A DNA stretch of 64,000 bases. Source: Acidobacteriota bacterium (GTDB lineage Bacteria > Acidobacteriota > CAIWXX01). Below the pieces are notes generated by a model. It did no database searches. It saw nothing but the letters and a program-made list of their open reading frames with translations, and was not told the origin of the DNA. The stretch lies in contig JBFMAF010000024.1 of assembly GCA_040755995.1 (NCBI GenBank), forward strand, positions 288,001 through 352,000, in the 5' to 3' direction. The position numbers and the translations under genes are program-made. This document shows, piece by piece, positions 10,207 through 23,264 of the stretch; within the stretch, counting starts at the first letter, position 1, and the number at the start of each line of letters is the position of its first letter.

Positions 10207-11277
10207 ATGCTGAGCGTTGAGATGTGGACCTGGCTTTGCGCGGGGATCGTCGTTGCCGGTCTCTGTTGGGCCGGCGTGTTGAATCTGCGAAACTGGGCTG
10301 GTCGCCGGGGCATCTGGGATATCCCGAATGAACGGAGCGCCCATGCGCGGCCGGTGCCGACGGCCGGCGGCGCAGTCCTCGTTGCGGTCGTCTTGCCCGC
10401 ATTCCTCCTGCTCTCCAGCCTCACGGACGAGTGCCTGCCGCGTGCGGTAGTCTATGCCACGGGCGCCGCGCTTGTGGCCGCAGTGAGCCTGCTGGATGAC
10501 TTGCGCGGGCTCCCTGTCTGGCCTCGCCTGGTCGCTTACACCATCGCATCCGTCGCGGCAGCGCGCGGAGTAGGCTCGCTGGATACGGCCGTCTCAGCCC
10601 TGGGCGGCGCTGCCGCGCCGCAATGGGTGTCGCTGGTGATCACCGTGTTCTGGATCCTCGGCATGACCAATGCCTTCAACTTCATGGACGGCATCGATGG
10701 GATCGCGGCAAGCCAGGCAGTGCTGGCCGGGCTGACCTGGTGCGTCCTGGGCTGGTGGGAGGGTTTGATAGGAGTGGGAGGGCTCGGCTGTCTCGTCGCT
10801 TCCGCGTGTCTCACGTTCCTCCTGCACAACTGGTCTCCGGCCAGGATCTTCCTGGGCGACGTCGGCAGCACCTTCCTGGGCTACACTTTCGGCGTGATCA
10901 CGGTGATGGCGGCCGCGCGGAATGGCGTGTATGCCTTGGCCGGCGTGATGGCCGTCTGGCCGTTTCTCTTCGACACGATCTTCACGTTCTGCCGGCGTCT
11001 GTTTCGCGGTGAGAACGTATTCCGGGCGCACCGCAGTCATCTCTACCAGCGGCTGGTCCTCACGGGGCTTTCGCAGAAGGCGGTTGTTCTGATCTACGTC
11101 GCACTGGCCCTGCTCGGTTCGGGCCTTGCGTTCGCATGCGTGCCCACCTCTCGCCTTCCAATGCTGATCGCCGGGGTTGCGATTCCTATGGCCGCGTTAG
11201 GCCTTTGGCTGGCCGTGATCCTCCGAGAACGGAGATGCATTCGCTCTGGCGCGGATCAGAGGGCTGGGCTAGAATAG
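10207..11277 (+). CDS. Polyprenyl-phosphate HexNAc-1-phosphate transferase (MraY/WecA/WbpL family)
   Basis: DIPNERSAH, LLDD, NAFNFMDGIDG, IFLGDVGS, HRSHLYQ; multiple TM helices. Confidence 0.9.
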   Translation: MLSVEMWTWLCAGIVVAGLCWAGVLNLRNWAGRRGIWDIPNERSAHARPVPTAGGAVLVAVVLPAFLLLSSLTDECLPRAVVYATGAALVAAVSLLDDLRGLPVWPRLVAYTIASVAAARGVGSLDTAVSALGGAAAPQWVSLVITVFWILGMTNAFNFMDGIDGIAASQAVLAGLTWCVLGWWEGLIGVGGLGCLVASACLTFLLHNWSPARIFLGDVGSTFLGYTFGVITVMAAARNGVYALAGVMAVWPFLFDTIFTFCRRLFRGENVFRAHRSHLYQRLVLTGLSQKAVVLIYVALALLGSGLAFACVPTSRLPMLIAGVAIPMAALGLWLAVILRERRCIRSGADQRAGLE

Positions 11278-11395
11278 CACCCCTGGGGTATGAGTTCCTG
11301 CGACAAGACCATGTCACGGTCGGACGACTGCGGCGCAGTGAATGGACCGTGCCTGCATCGCATCCGTCGCGACGGACGGAAAGGAGGGTGATCCT

Positions 11396-12334
11396 TTGTC
11401 GATCACATTGTACTGGCTGCAGAACGGGGGCTGCGGAGGTGACACGCATTCGTTTCTCAACGTAGATCCTCTGGATGCAACGACACTACTGGAGCTGCTC
11501 GGGGTAGACGTCCTCTGGCATCCGGCGCTGTCCAACGGAAGCGCGAACGTGCATCAACGGATCCTCGACCAGCTGCTCTCCGGTCGACAGCCTCTTGATG
11601 TGCTGTGCCTGGAGGGCTCGATTCTGCGAGGACCCGGCGGCACCGGAATGTACGACCTGATGTTCGGGAAGCCCAAGAAAGATCTGCTGGCAGCGCTCGC
11701 GCAAAAGGCGCGCTTCGTGGTAGCAATCGGCACTTGCGCAAGCTTCGGCGGTGTGGGGGCCGAGCATGAGGTCGAGGCCGTGGGGATGCAGTTCCTCAGG
11801 ACAGCGAAGGGCGGGTTCATGGGCGAGGAGTTCAGGGCCGGCAGCGGGCTCCCCGTTATCAACCTGCCGGGATGTCCATGCCATCCCTCCGTGGTTGCGG
11901 GGGCCCTGTCCGCGTTGGTCGCGGGGACGCCGCTGGATCTCGATCAGTACCAGCGCCCTCTCGATTGGTACGGCATCATGGTCCACCAGGGCTGTACCCG
12001 CAACGAATACCACGAGTACAGAGTGGAGGAGGTGGAGTTCGGAGAGAAGGGGTGTTTGTTCTTCCACAGAGGCTGCCACGGGCCGCTCGCACAAGGCCCC
12101 TGCAACAAGCTTCTCTGGAACGGACATTCATCCAAGACCCGCGTCGGCGTGCCCTGCCAGGGGTGCACTCGACCGGATTTCCCGCAACGATACGCATTCT
12201 TCCAGACTCGCAATATCGAAGGCATACCGATCGAGCTTCCGGACGGAATCGGCCGCGCGCACTACCTGGCCTACAAAGGAATGGCCGCGGCGGCGGCACC
12301 GCAACGCTTACGTGACCGCACCACCAATATTTGA
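11396..12334 (+). CDS. Sensory-type [NiFe]-hydrogenase small subunit (HupU/HoxB-like)
   Basis: WLQNGGCGGD, GTCASFGG, NLPGCP, HQGCTRNEY, GCHGP, CQGC; no Tat signal; HupU-like C-terminal tail. TTG start after AAGGAGG. Confidence 0.9.
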   Translation: MSITLYWLQNGGCGGDTHSFLNVDPLDATTLLELLGVDVLWHPALSNGSANVHQRILDQLLSGRQPLDVLCLEGSILRGPGGTGMYDLMFGKPKKDLLAALAQKARFVVAIGTCASFGGVGAEHEVEAVGMQFLRTAKGGFMGEEFRAGSGLPVINLPGCPCHPSVVAGALSALVAGTPLDLDQYQRPLDWYGIMVHQGCTRNEYHEYRVEEVEFGEKGCLFFHRGCHGPLAQGPCNKLLWNGHSSKTRVGVPCQGCTRPDFPQRYAFFQTRNIEGIPIELPDGIGRAHYLAYKGMAAAAAPQRLRDRTTNI

Positions 12335-12352
12335 GACGCGGAGACGCGGAGA
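12333..12352 (+). repeat. Short octamer tandem repeat (GAGACGCG x2.5)
   Basis: Same unit as the array at 23020; overlaps the stop codon of the small subunit. Confidence 0.55.
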
Positions 12353-12423
12353 TGAAAAGATGATGCAGGAGTGCCGGCTGCGAGCTCGAACGCTGAGACG
12401 GATCCCAGAAAGGCTGAGTTGAC

Positions 12424-13974
12424 ATGTCCAAAGACATCCGGTTGCACGTTCCGCTGAATCGTGTGGAGGGAGATCTAGATATAAAGGTTGACCTCAGGGA
12501 CGGGAGGGTCGCGGACGCCTGGAGCTCGGGCACGATGTACCGAGGCTTCGAGAACATCCTGGTCGGACGAGCACCGCTGGATGGGCTGGTGATCTCGCCG
12601 CGCATCTGCGGCATCTGTACGACGGCGCACCTGACGGTGGCGGCTCGCGCCCTGGACAAGATCGCCGGCACGACAGTGCCGGACAACGCCAGGAGGCTCA
12701 GGAACGTTACGCTCATGGCAGAGCACATACAGAGTGACATCCGCCACGCGTTCCTTCTATTCGCCCCGGACTTCGCCAACCCTGCCCACGCCTCGCAGGC
12801 GCTTCACGCAGAAGCCGTGCGGCGCTACGAGCCATTCAAGGGGCGGGCCGCGATCGAGACGATCAAGGAGACCAAGCGCGTGATCGAGATCATCGGGATA
12901 CTCGGCGGCCAATGGCCTCACTCGTCGTTCATGGTCCCGGGAGGTGTGGTCGGCGTGCCGGCAACTTCGGATCTTCTCCAGTGCCGGCAGATCCTGGCGT
13001 TGTACCGGCAATGGTACGAGCAGCGGGTGCTGGGATGCCGAATCGAACGATGGCAGGCCGTGCATAACCTGGAGACGCTTGAGGCCTGGCTGGATGAATG
13101 CGATTCTCACCGGGCGAGCGAGCTCGGATTCTTTCTCCGATTCGGAAGAGCGGTCGGGCTGGACACGGTCGGCAGGGGCCACGGCAACTACGTCTGCTTC
13201 GGTTCTCTCGAGCTCCCCGAGGAAACGAGCGTGAGGCCCGGTGGAGGCCCGGCTGCGGGAAATCTGTTGCAACCGGCAGGTTTCGCTCGCGGGACTGTCG
13301 TCGAATCATTCGATCAGGCGAAGATTTCGGAGCACGTCGCTCACTCGTGGTTCCGCGACTACGGCGGAGGGCGCCACCCGTCGGCAGGGGAGACCAATCC
13401 GTATGCCACCGGCAGCGAGAGTCATCGCTACTCGTGGGCCAAGGCGCCTCGCTACGACGGCGCCCCGGCCGAAACCGGCCCGCTCGCCGAAATGATCATT
13501 GCAGGCCACCCCCTGATCAGCGACTGGGTGGGAAGGCTGGGCCCGAGCGCGCTCGTGAGGGAGCTGGCGCGCCTGATCAGACCGACAACCTTGATGCCCG
13601 CCATGGACACCTGGATCGCAGAGATGTTGTCGAGCGACGGAGAGTACTACCGGCGGCACGAGGAGATCGAACACGGCGAGGGATGCGGCCTGGGCGAGGC
13701 CGCCCGAGGCGCCCTGGGACACTGGGTCACCATCCGCGATGGGAAAATCGATCACTACCAGATCATCACCCCCACCGCCTGGAACGGATCGCCAAGGGAC
13801 TCGAACGGGATACGAGGTCCCTGGGAGGAGGCGCTGATCGGAACGCCGGTCCGCGATCCCGAGAACCCGGTGGAGCTCGGGCATGTGGTCCGCTCTTTCG
13901 ACCCCTGCCTGGTCTGCACAGTCCACACTGTCTCCTGCCGCAGAGACGCTGCGCAGCTGCTTGCGAGGATCTGA
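12424..13974 (+). CDS. Sensory-type [NiFe]-hydrogenase large subunit (group 2b/2c-like)
   Basis: NRVEGD, RGFE, L1 PRICGIC, L2 SFDPCLVCTVH. Confidence 0.92.
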   Translation: MSKDIRLHVPLNRVEGDLDIKVDLRDGRVADAWSSGTMYRGFENILVGRAPLDGLVISPRICGICTTAHLTVAARALDKIAGTTVPDNARRLRNVTLMAEHIQSDIRHAFLLFAPDFANPAHASQALHAEAVRRYEPFKGRAAIETIKETKRVIEIIGILGGQWPHSSFMVPGGVVGVPATSDLLQCRQILALYRQWYEQRVLGCRIERWQAVHNLETLEAWLDECDSHRASELGFFLRFGRAVGLDTVGRGHGNYVCFGSLELPEETSVRPGGGPAAGNLLQPAGFARGTVVESFDQAKISEHVAHSWFRDYGGGRHPSAGETNPYATGSESHRYSWAKAPRYDGAPAETGPLAEMIIAGHPLISDWVGRLGPSALVRELARLIRPTTLMPAMDTWIAEMLSSDGEYYRRHEEIEHGEGCGLGEAARGALGHWVTIRDGKIDHYQIITPTAWNGSPRDSNGIRGPWEEALIGTPVRDPENPVELGHVVRSFDPCLVCTVHTVSCRRDAAQLLARI

Positions 13975-14007
13975 TGGGCCCGGAGCGGAACGGGCGAGGG
14001 TAGCCAT

Positions 14008-16683
<2,676 letters not shown>

Positions 16684-16700
16684 GCGAGCGCGCATCGGAT

Positions 16701-16864
16701 CGTTGCCGTTGCCGTGGTCGTTTCCGTCGCCGTCGCCGTGGTGGTCGCCGTTCCGGTCGCCGTTGGTCTGATCGCTGGACTCAAGGTGTGAGATGGGCAT
16801 ACGTTGGCCTCCCACGCATACGCCCACGCCTATGCCTACGGCTACGGCGACGTCAACGGCAACG
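16701..16864. repeat. Hexamer-unit inverted repeat
   Basis: Left arm CGTTGCCGTTGCCGTGGTCG.. and right arm ..ACGGCGACGTCAACGGCAACG are complementary and both have 6-nt periodicity. Confidence 0.7.
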
Positions 16865-16958
16865 CACTCAGACAAGACCAGTCAACCCTGGCAGGAGTAG
16901 CGCCGTCTGCGTGCGAGGTTCCTAGATGGAGGTGATGCACCCTGACCCGGGCCCGCAT

Positions 16959-16987
16959 TTGAAACTGCGGCTGCCGGTGGCTATGAT
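16959..16987 (+). promoter_or_regulatory. Putative sigma70 promoter for the 7TM kinase
   Basis: TTGAAA-N17-TATGAT. Confidence 0.6.
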
Positions 16988-17005
16988 TGCGCAGAGGGGC
17001 CCCCG

Positions 17006-19381
17006 GTGAACCCGTTCTCGATCCTGGCTCTATTCGCGTTCATGGTCTCCGTGTATCTGGGGGTCCACGTCTTCAGGCTGGATTCCAAGTCGCGGGTGAA
17101 CCGCACATTCCTCGCCCTCTGCCTCAGCTTCGCCGCTTGGGCGTTCCCATATGCATTCGTTTACGCCGAGACGGACCGGGAGCTCATCTGGTTCTACTAC
17201 CGTCTCTCATCTCTGGGCTGGGTCACGCTCGCCAGCTTCGCTCTGCACTTCTTGCTTCTGCTCTCGAAGCACGAGAGGCTGTTCGCCAGGCCTTGGATCT
17301 ACGCGGTCATCTACCTGCCGCCGGTTCTTTTCCTCTACCGCGTGTGGTCCGGCGTTCTACTTGCCTCGGATTTCCACCAGGGCCCGATGGGAACCGTGGA
17401 AATCCACGGCAGCCAGACGCTCTGGTATCGTGCGTTCAGCATCTATTATCTTGCGTATCTATTGGCGGGCTTCGCGTGCGTATGGATGTATGGGCGGCGG
17501 AGCCGGATCGAGAAGGTGCGCAGGCAGGCTGGCATCGTGGCCTACTCGGGTTTGATCACAGTCGCCGTGTGCACCTTGACGAATGTCACCCTGCCCGCCC
17601 TCGGTATCCCGCTGGTACCCGCCATTGCGCCGGTGCTGCTCCTGATCTGGCTCTTCTCCATCTGGTATGCCATCGTCAAGTACAGCTTCCTGAGCATCTC
17701 ACTCGAAGTCGCCATCGATGAAATCGTCTCCAAGATCAAGGATATGGTGCTGCTGGTGAATCCGGAGGGGAGAATCGTCAAGGCGAATCGGCAGACAGAA
17801 GTCCTGCTCGGACACTCAGCGCAGGAGCTGGTGGGGGAGACGTTGGATATCCTGTTCCATCCGGGAGAGGGCCTGGACCACGGCCTACTGGATCTAGAGA
17901 AGGCCGCAGGTGCGGCCAGGTACAGCGAATGCGAATGCCGCGCCAGGTCCGGTGAGACAGTACCCATCGGCCTCTCCGTGGCCGCGGTCAGAGACGACAG
18001 CGACAACCACATAGGGGCCGTCGTGGTCGGCCAGGACCTGCGACCGACAAGGCAGTTGCAGCGCGAGATCGCAGACCGGAGAGCCGCGGAGGAGGCTGTC
18101 AAGCGGCAGAACGAGTACCTGAGCGCGCTGCACGAAACCACGCTCGGATTGATCAGCCGCTTGGACTTGACGGAGCTCTTGGAGGACGTGATACAAAGGG
18201 CGGGCACACTCATGGGGACCGGGCACGGGTTCATCTATCTGCTCGATCCCGGCGAAGACGAGATCAGGATGCACGTGGGCACCGGCCCTCTCGCCGCAGA
18301 GGTGGGCACACGGGTGAAGCGCGGCGAGGGGCTCGGCGGGCATGTCTGGGAGTCGGGCGAAGCGCTGGTCGTCGATGACTATAGATCCTGGCCGGGGCGA
18401 ATCCGTGGGTACGATCTGTCCGATCTCCGCTCCTCCATCGGCCTGCCGCTCAAGTCCGGCGATTCAGTGGTCGGCGTGATCGGCCTCGCGTACACGAGCG
18501 AGGAACGGAGATTTGGCCCGAACGAGATCGAGACCCTGGAACGGTTCGCCCGGCTGGCTTCGATCGCTATCGAAAACGCCCGGCTGTACGCGGCACTGCA
18601 ACGGGAATTGGCGGAGAGGCGGCTGGCGGAGGAGCGCGCTGAGGGGGCCAACCGCGCAAAGAGCACCTTCCTCGCCAACATGAGCCACGAGCTCCGTACG
18701 CCCCTGAATCACATCATCGGCTTCAGCGAGCTGCTTCAGGAGAACGCCCGGGAGAGCGGACACGACGGGGATCTTCCAGATCTTCAGATGATCCAGGCCG
18801 CGGGCAGACGGCTTCTCGATATCATCAACGACATACTCGACCTGTCCAAGATCGAGGCGGGAAGGATGCAGCTTGAGCTCGAACCCTTCGACGTGGCCGC
18901 GGCGGTACGGGACATCGTCGACGCAGTCCAGCCGCTGGCGGCCAGGAATTCCAACACACTCAAGGTGCGATGCGACGAGAACGCAGGCACCATGCTCGCC
19001 GATCCCGCCAAAGTGCGCCGCGCCCTGTTCAACATCCTGAGCAATGCCGCCAAGTTCACCGACCACGGCACCATCTCGCTCGACGTGCGGCGGCACGCCG
19101 TCGGCGGGACGGATTGTGTGGCCTTCGAGGTGCGGGACACAGGCGTCGGGATCGCTCCGGAGGCGATGGACCGGCTGTTCGTCCCGTTCACACAGGCGGA
19201 TTCGTCGGCCACGAGGAAATTCGGAGGAACAGGGCTCGGACTGGCCATATCCCGCCTCTTCTGCCGTATGATGGGCGGCGATATCGGAGTCGTCAGCCAG
19301 GTGGGCCGGGGATCGACTTTCACCATCCGCCTACCCGCCCGCGTTCCTGGGACGGTAGCCGGCACGGATGCGATAGAATAG
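17006..19381 (+). CDS. Membrane histidine kinase (N-terminal 7TM-like)-PAS-GAF-HisKA-HATPase
   Basis: About seven hydrophobic helices, [27 protein letters not shown]. Confidence 0.9.
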   Translation: MNPFSILALFAFMVSVYLGVHVFRLDSKSRVNRTFLALCLSFAAWAFPYAFVYAETDRELIWFYYRLSSLGWVTLASFALHFLLLLSKHERLFARPWIYAVIYLPPVLFLYRVWSGVLLASDFHQGPMGTVEIHGSQTLWYRAFSIYYLAYLLAGFACVWMYGRRSRIEKVRRQAGIVAYSGLITVAVCTLTNVTLPALGIPLVPAIAPVLLLIWLFSIWYAIVKYSFLSISLEVAIDEIVSKIKDMVLLVNPEGRIVKANRQTEVLLGHSAQELVGETLDILFHPGEGLDHGLLDLEKAAGAARYSECECRARSGETVPIGLSVAAVRDDSDNHIGAVVVGQDLRPTRQLQREIADRRAAEEAVKRQNEYLSALHETTLGLISRLDLTELLEDVIQRAGTLMGTGHGFIYLLDPGEDEIRMHVGTGPLAAEVGTRVKRGEGLGGHVWESGEALVVDDYRSWPGRIRGYDLSDLRSSIGLPLKSGDSVVGVIGLAYTSEERRFGPNEIETLERFARLASIAIENARLYAALQRELAERRLAEERAEGANRAKSTFLANMSHELRTPLNHIIGFSELLQENARESGHDGDLPDLQMIQAAGRRLLDIINDILDLSKIEAGRMQLELEPFDVAAAVRDIVDAVQPLAARNSNTLKVRCDENAGTMLADPAKVRRALFNILSNAAKFTDHGTISLDVRRHAVGGTDCVAFEVRDTGVGIAPEAMDRLFVPFTQADSSATRKFGGTGLGLAISRLFCRMMGGDIGVVSQVGRGSTFTIRLPARVPGTVAGTDAIE

Positions 19382-19460
19382 ACGCCTGGTGCGGGGCTGG
19401 CGACGGCCCGCCGGCCGGCGACCGAAATGCACGCAGATTGTGTGAAAGAAAGGAACGCTG

Positions 19461-20729
19461 ATGGTCTTGGAGAAGAGTGAATCACTGTACAAGCGAGCCT
19501 GTTCCGTGATCCCAGGCGGGGTGAACAGCCCAGTGCGGGCGTTCCGCGCGGTGGGCGGCCACCCCATCTACTTCGCATCGGGCAGCGGATCAGGTTTCGT
19601 GGACGTGGACGGGAACCCGTACGTGGACTTCTGCATGTCATGGGGCCCGCTGATTCTCGGGCATGCTCACCCGGCCGTGATCAAAGCGGTGATCGATGCC
19701 GCCGGCGAGGGACTGTCATTCGGCGCCTGTCACGAGCGGGAGGTATTGATGGCCGAGGCCATCCTGCGCGCATTTCCTGAGTACGAGATGGTACGCGTGG
19801 TCAGCTCGGGAACCGAAGCCGTGATGAGCGCCATCCGCCTGGCGCGAGGCGGCACTGGACGGCCCTATATTCTGAAATTCGACGGGTGCTACCACGGCCA
19901 CTCCGACGGGTTGCTCGTTCGCGCCGGATCCGGCCTGGCCACCCAGTCGATCGCAACCAGCGCCGGCGTGCCCGATGAGATCGCATCTACCACCCTGGTG
20001 GCTCCGCTGGACGACGAAGAAACGCTCGACACAATCTTCCGCACCCACGGCGATCGGATCGCCGCCGCGATCATCGAACCGCTCCCGGCCAACGCGGGGT
20101 TGCTGGAACAACGCCCGGAGCTCCTCGCGCGCCTGCGCGAGCTGACGTTGAGCCATGGGACGCTGCTGATCTTCGATGAGGTGATCAGCGGTCTCCGGTT
20201 CAAGTTCGGCGGCTACGGCCAGATGGTCGGCATCTGCCCGGACATCGTGACCCTGGGGAAGATCATCGGTGGAGGGATGCCGGTCGGTGCCGTGGTTTCC
20301 TATGCGAGCCTGATGGACCATTTCGCGCCGACCGGCAAGGTCTATCAGGCAGGCACGCTCTCGGGGAACCCGCTCTCATTGGCCGCGGGGCTGGCGACCA
20401 TCGGGCTACTCGAGCGAGGAAGCGTCTACTCCAGGCTGGATGCCCTGGGTCTGGAGCTGGAAGTGAATCTGGCTGCTGCCAAGATTCCGGGCTTCCGTCG
20501 GATCGGATCGGTCTTCTGGCTTTATCTCGATTCCGAGCCCCCGCCTCGCCATCCGCGCGGTGTCAGCGAGCGGGCCGTGGAGCGGTTCAACCTCATCCAC
20601 CGTCGGCTGTTGCTTCGCGGCTACTACATGCCGCCCTCAGCCTGGGAAGTCGGCTTTTTGTCCACGGCCCATACCAGCGAGCAGATCCGCGGGTTTGCGA
20701 GCGCCCTGGCTGAGTGCCTGTCTGCCTAG
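19461..20729 (+). CDS. hemL: Glutamate-1-semialdehyde 2,1-aminomutase
   Basis: PGGVNSPVRAF, SWGPLILGH, GCYHGHSD, GKIIGGG, YQAGTLSGNP. Confidence 0.95.
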   Translation: MVLEKSESLYKRACSVIPGGVNSPVRAFRAVGGHPIYFASGSGSGFVDVDGNPYVDFCMSWGPLILGHAHPAVIKAVIDAAGEGLSFGACHEREVLMAEAILRAFPEYEMVRVVSSGTEAVMSAIRLARGGTGRPYILKFDGCYHGHSDGLLVRAGSGLATQSIATSAGVPDEIASTTLVAPLDDEETLDTIFRTHGDRIAAAIIEPLPANAGLLEQRPELLARLRELTLSHGTLLIFDEVISGLRFKFGGYGQMVGICPDIVTLGKIIGGGMPVGAVVSYASLMDHFAPTGKVYQAGTLSGNPLSLAAGLATIGLLERGSVYSRLDALGLELEVNLAAAKIPGFRRIGSVFWLYLDSEPPPRHPRGVSERAVERFNLIHRRLLLRGYYMPPSAWEVGFLSTAHTSEQIRGFASALAECLSA

Positions 20730-20806
20730 ACCACCGGAGAGGAAGGCATGTTGCGATTGAGTCAAGCGACTGGAGCGGGTCCTCATCAATACACGGAAGC
20801 CGTCCG

Positions 20807-20837
20807 CTCTCTACTCTCCACTCTCCACTCTCTACTC
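20807..20837 (+). repeat. Heptamer tandem repeat CTCTC(C/T)A x4
   Basis: ctctcta ctctcca ctctcca ctctcta. Confidence 0.8.
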
Positions 20838-20895
20838 GAGGCGCGGCCGGCTCGGTCCCACTTGCGTCAGCGGTCCGACGCCGCGCTTCGCTAAA

Positions 20896-22062
20896 ATGGG
20901 CTGGTTGGCTGCGATCAAGTCGGCGCTGCGTTCCGGTGGCGAGCTGCGCCACCATCTGGTGTTCGGCATCAGCCTGGCGACGCTGCTGGTGCTCGGCACA
21001 TGGTGGGCGATTTTCCTTCGTCGCAGCGTGAACGACATCTACCGTCTGCAGCTCGACCAGGTTGTGCTCGAGGGACGGCTGCTCGCGATGGAGCTCCAGG
21101 TGCGGGGAGATACGCGCCTACCGCCCGGGAGCGAATTCGAAGTGTCCAGGGACTCACCAGGCTCACCGCGTCCGATGCAGGTCTCGCTGGCACCGCGGTG
21201 GTCGGATCTGGTGGTCAGCCCTCGAGCCGAGCTGGTCCAGCATCTCGATCACAGGCACAGAATGAAGGTGATTCAGGTGAGCGGGGAGAGTTCTCTCCTG
21301 ATGATACTCATCCTGATCTCCATCTTCATGTTGTACCACGTGGTGCTCGTGGAGGGGCGCGTGCGGCGCAGCATGGAGAACTTTCTGAGCACAGTGACGC
21401 ACGAGCTCAAGAGCCCGATAGCCGGCATGAAAGCGCTGCTCCAGACGCTGGCGTCGCGTCCGGTCTCGGACGAGAAGCGCCGGCAGATCCTCGAGCTGGG
21501 CCTGCGCGAATCTGCGCGGCTGCAGCATCTGGTCGAGAACGTGCTTGCGGCCCATCGCCTGGACCGCAAGGGGATGCCGATCAAGCTGCAGCCTGTCGAC
21601 CTGCGTCCGGCAATCGAGAGGAGGCTCGAAACGAGGCGGCAGATCTTTCCGGCTGTGAGGGACGCCTTGAGCCTGGAGTGCCCCGAGAGCGTGACCGTCA
21701 CGGCCGATCCCGAGGCGCTTGGCATCATCCTCGACAACCTGCTCGACAACGCCGTCAAGTACTCGCCCCATGACCCGCAGATCCAAATCAGCGTGCGCGC
21801 GGACGGAGGCAGAGCCGTCGTCACGGTGAAGGACTACGGAATCGGTATCGAGCCCGACGAGATCGGGAACATCTTCGGGCGCTTCTATCGCGCGACACAG
21901 AGCGACGTCAAGGCGATCAAGGGCACGGGGCTGGGGCTCTTCATCGCACGCAACCTGGCTGCCGCAATCGGGGGCGAGCTGACCGCATCCAGCGAGGGAC
22001 GCGGGCATGGGAGCACTTTCACGCTGATGCTTCGTTCGTGGACGGGCCCGCACGACCGATGA
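20896..22062 (+). CDS. Two-TM sensor histidine kinase
   Basis: Two TM helices, THELKSP, NLLDNAVKY, DYGIGI, GTGLGL. Confidence 0.9.
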   Translation: MGWLAAIKSALRSGGELRHHLVFGISLATLLVLGTWWAIFLRRSVNDIYRLQLDQVVLEGRLLAMELQVRGDTRLPPGSEFEVSRDSPGSPRPMQVSLAPRWSDLVVSPRAELVQHLDHRHRMKVIQVSGESSLLMILILISIFMLYHVVLVEGRVRRSMENFLSTVTHELKSPIAGMKALLQTLASRPVSDEKRRQILELGLRESARLQHLVENVLAAHRLDRKGMPIKLQPVDLRPAIERRLETRRQIFPAVRDALSLECPESVTVTADPEALGIILDNLLDNAVKYSPHDPQIQISVRADGGRAVVTVKDYGIGIEPDEIGNIFGRFYRATQSDVKAIKGTGLGLFIARNLAAAIGGELTASSEGRGHGSTFTLMLRSWTGPHDR

Positions 22063-22113
22063 GAATTCGGTTGCAGGATGAAGTATCATGATCTTGGTGA
22101 CAGGAGGAAGACG

Positions 22114-22176
22114 ATGCGGATGAGCGATATCCCCGAACTCGAGAAGCTGGACGCCTCATTGACAACTGTCAACTGA
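22114..22176 (+). pseudogene. Possible truncated addiction-module antitoxin remnant (20 codons)
   Basis: AGGAGG RBS then MRMSDIPELEKL, which from memory resembles the N-terminus of TIGR02574-type proteins; the frame ends inside a heptamer repeat. Confidence 0.35.
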
Positions 22177-22187
22177 CAACCGTCAAC
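22160..22187 (+). repeat. Heptamer tandem repeat (T/C)G(A/T)CAAC x4
   Basis: tgacaac tgtcaac tgacaac cgtcaac. Confidence 0.75.
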
Positions 22188-23002
22188 TATCTTTCATACG
22201 TCCATGCGTCGGTCGCGTACTTGGCGGCCTCGATCGACCTGATGATACCGATCTCCTCGGCCGACCACGGACGCTCCTCGAGCTCGATCCCGAACACCGA
22301 TCTGAATGCGGCGGCGAAGACGCGATCGAGGCGAGGCGGGGTGATGCCGCCGAGTATGCAGGTGATCGGGACGACCCGGCTGTCCAGCGTTGCGGCGTCG
22401 CTGCGGGTGCAACGCGCCAGCACACGCGCATCGAAGTCGACGAGAATCGAACCGTGCTGCAGAAACCGGTCGCGACTGCGCCATTGGGCGGACCCGGCGA
22501 TTTTTCTACATTTGTAGAGAATCTCCGAATGCCCGGCATCGAGGAAGCAGGGATCGTTCCGGCAGTACGCACCTGACCTCATTCGCGGGGCCAGCTCCGT
22601 CGGGATGCCGATGCGTTCGAAGCCGGCCATCAATGCGGCGCTGACCCGACGATATGGGCCGTATGGGGACGGGTCATCCAGCAACTGAGGGTGACTTGAT
22701 GCAATGCTGTAGGTGATCTCCGCGTCGTGCAGCACGGCCTGGCCTCCCGTGGGCCGCCGCACGACGGCGATGCCTGCTCGACGGCAGGCATCGAGGTCGG
22801 CGGCCGATGCCGCGGCCTGGGACTTGCCGAGGGACAGCGTCGGCTGCGACCACGCGTAGAACCTTAGAATGGTCGCCGGCACGGCAGCCACCAAGTGCAG
22901 CATGGCCTCGTCGGCCGCCATGTTGAACGCACCGGGGAGGGGGCCGTCGAGCACCAGCCGCCATGGCGAGAATGGGGGTCCGACGGGCTCATGATGGGTC
23001 AT
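22187..23002 (-). CDS. Lipoate-protein ligase A family / octanoyltransferase (LipM-like)
   Basis: NMAADEA, PTLSLG, RRPTGGQAVLH, KIAGSAQ, LQHGSI. Confidence 0.9.
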   Translation of the reverse strand: MTHHEPVGPPFSPWRLVLDGPLPGAFNMAADEAMLHLVAAVPATILRFYAWSQPTLSLGKSQAAASAADLDACRRAGIAVVRRPTGGQAVLHDAEITYSIASSHPQLLDDPSPYGPYRRVSAALMAGFERIGIPTELAPRMRSGAYCRNDPCFLDAGHSEILYKCRKIAGSAQWRSRDRFLQHGSILVDFDARVLARCTRSDAATLDSRVVPITCILGGITPPRLDRVFAAAFRSVFGIELEERPWSAEEIGIIRSIEAAKYATDAWTYER

Positions 23003-23019
23003 TGGGTGCTCTCAGGGGG

Positions 23020-23139
23020 CAGACGCGGAGACGCGGAGAGGGGGAGAAACGGAGAAACGGAGAAACGGAGAAACGGAGAAACGTGAACACGGAGAGACGG
23101 AGACGCGTAGAGCGCCAGACGCGGGGACGCGGTGACACG
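23020..23139 (+). repeat. Degenerate octamer tandem array (15 units, GAGA(A/C)(A/G)CG-like)
   Basis: Strict 8-nt period, including five perfect GAGAAACG units. Confidence 0.9.
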
Positions 23140-23264
23140 GAGAAGAAACCATTTCGCGGCTCCGACCGCGGTGCCCAGTTTGTGTTATCTCGACCTTCGC
23201 CTGTCGACCCGAGGTTGCGCCGGCGCGGCCCTGACAGGCCTGGTGTACCCCAGGCTCGGCCTTG

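Noticed and set aside
11288..11315. NikR operator upstream of the hydrogenase (GTATGA half-site)
   Set aside because: The second half-site does not match TCATAC at 16-nt spacing.
13895..13930. Selenocysteine ([NiFeSe]) hydrogenase
   Set aside because: The L2 motif uses TGC Cys codons and there is no in-frame TGA.
23020..23139. CRISPR array
   Set aside because: It is an 8-nt tandem repeat with no spacers, and there are no cas genes.
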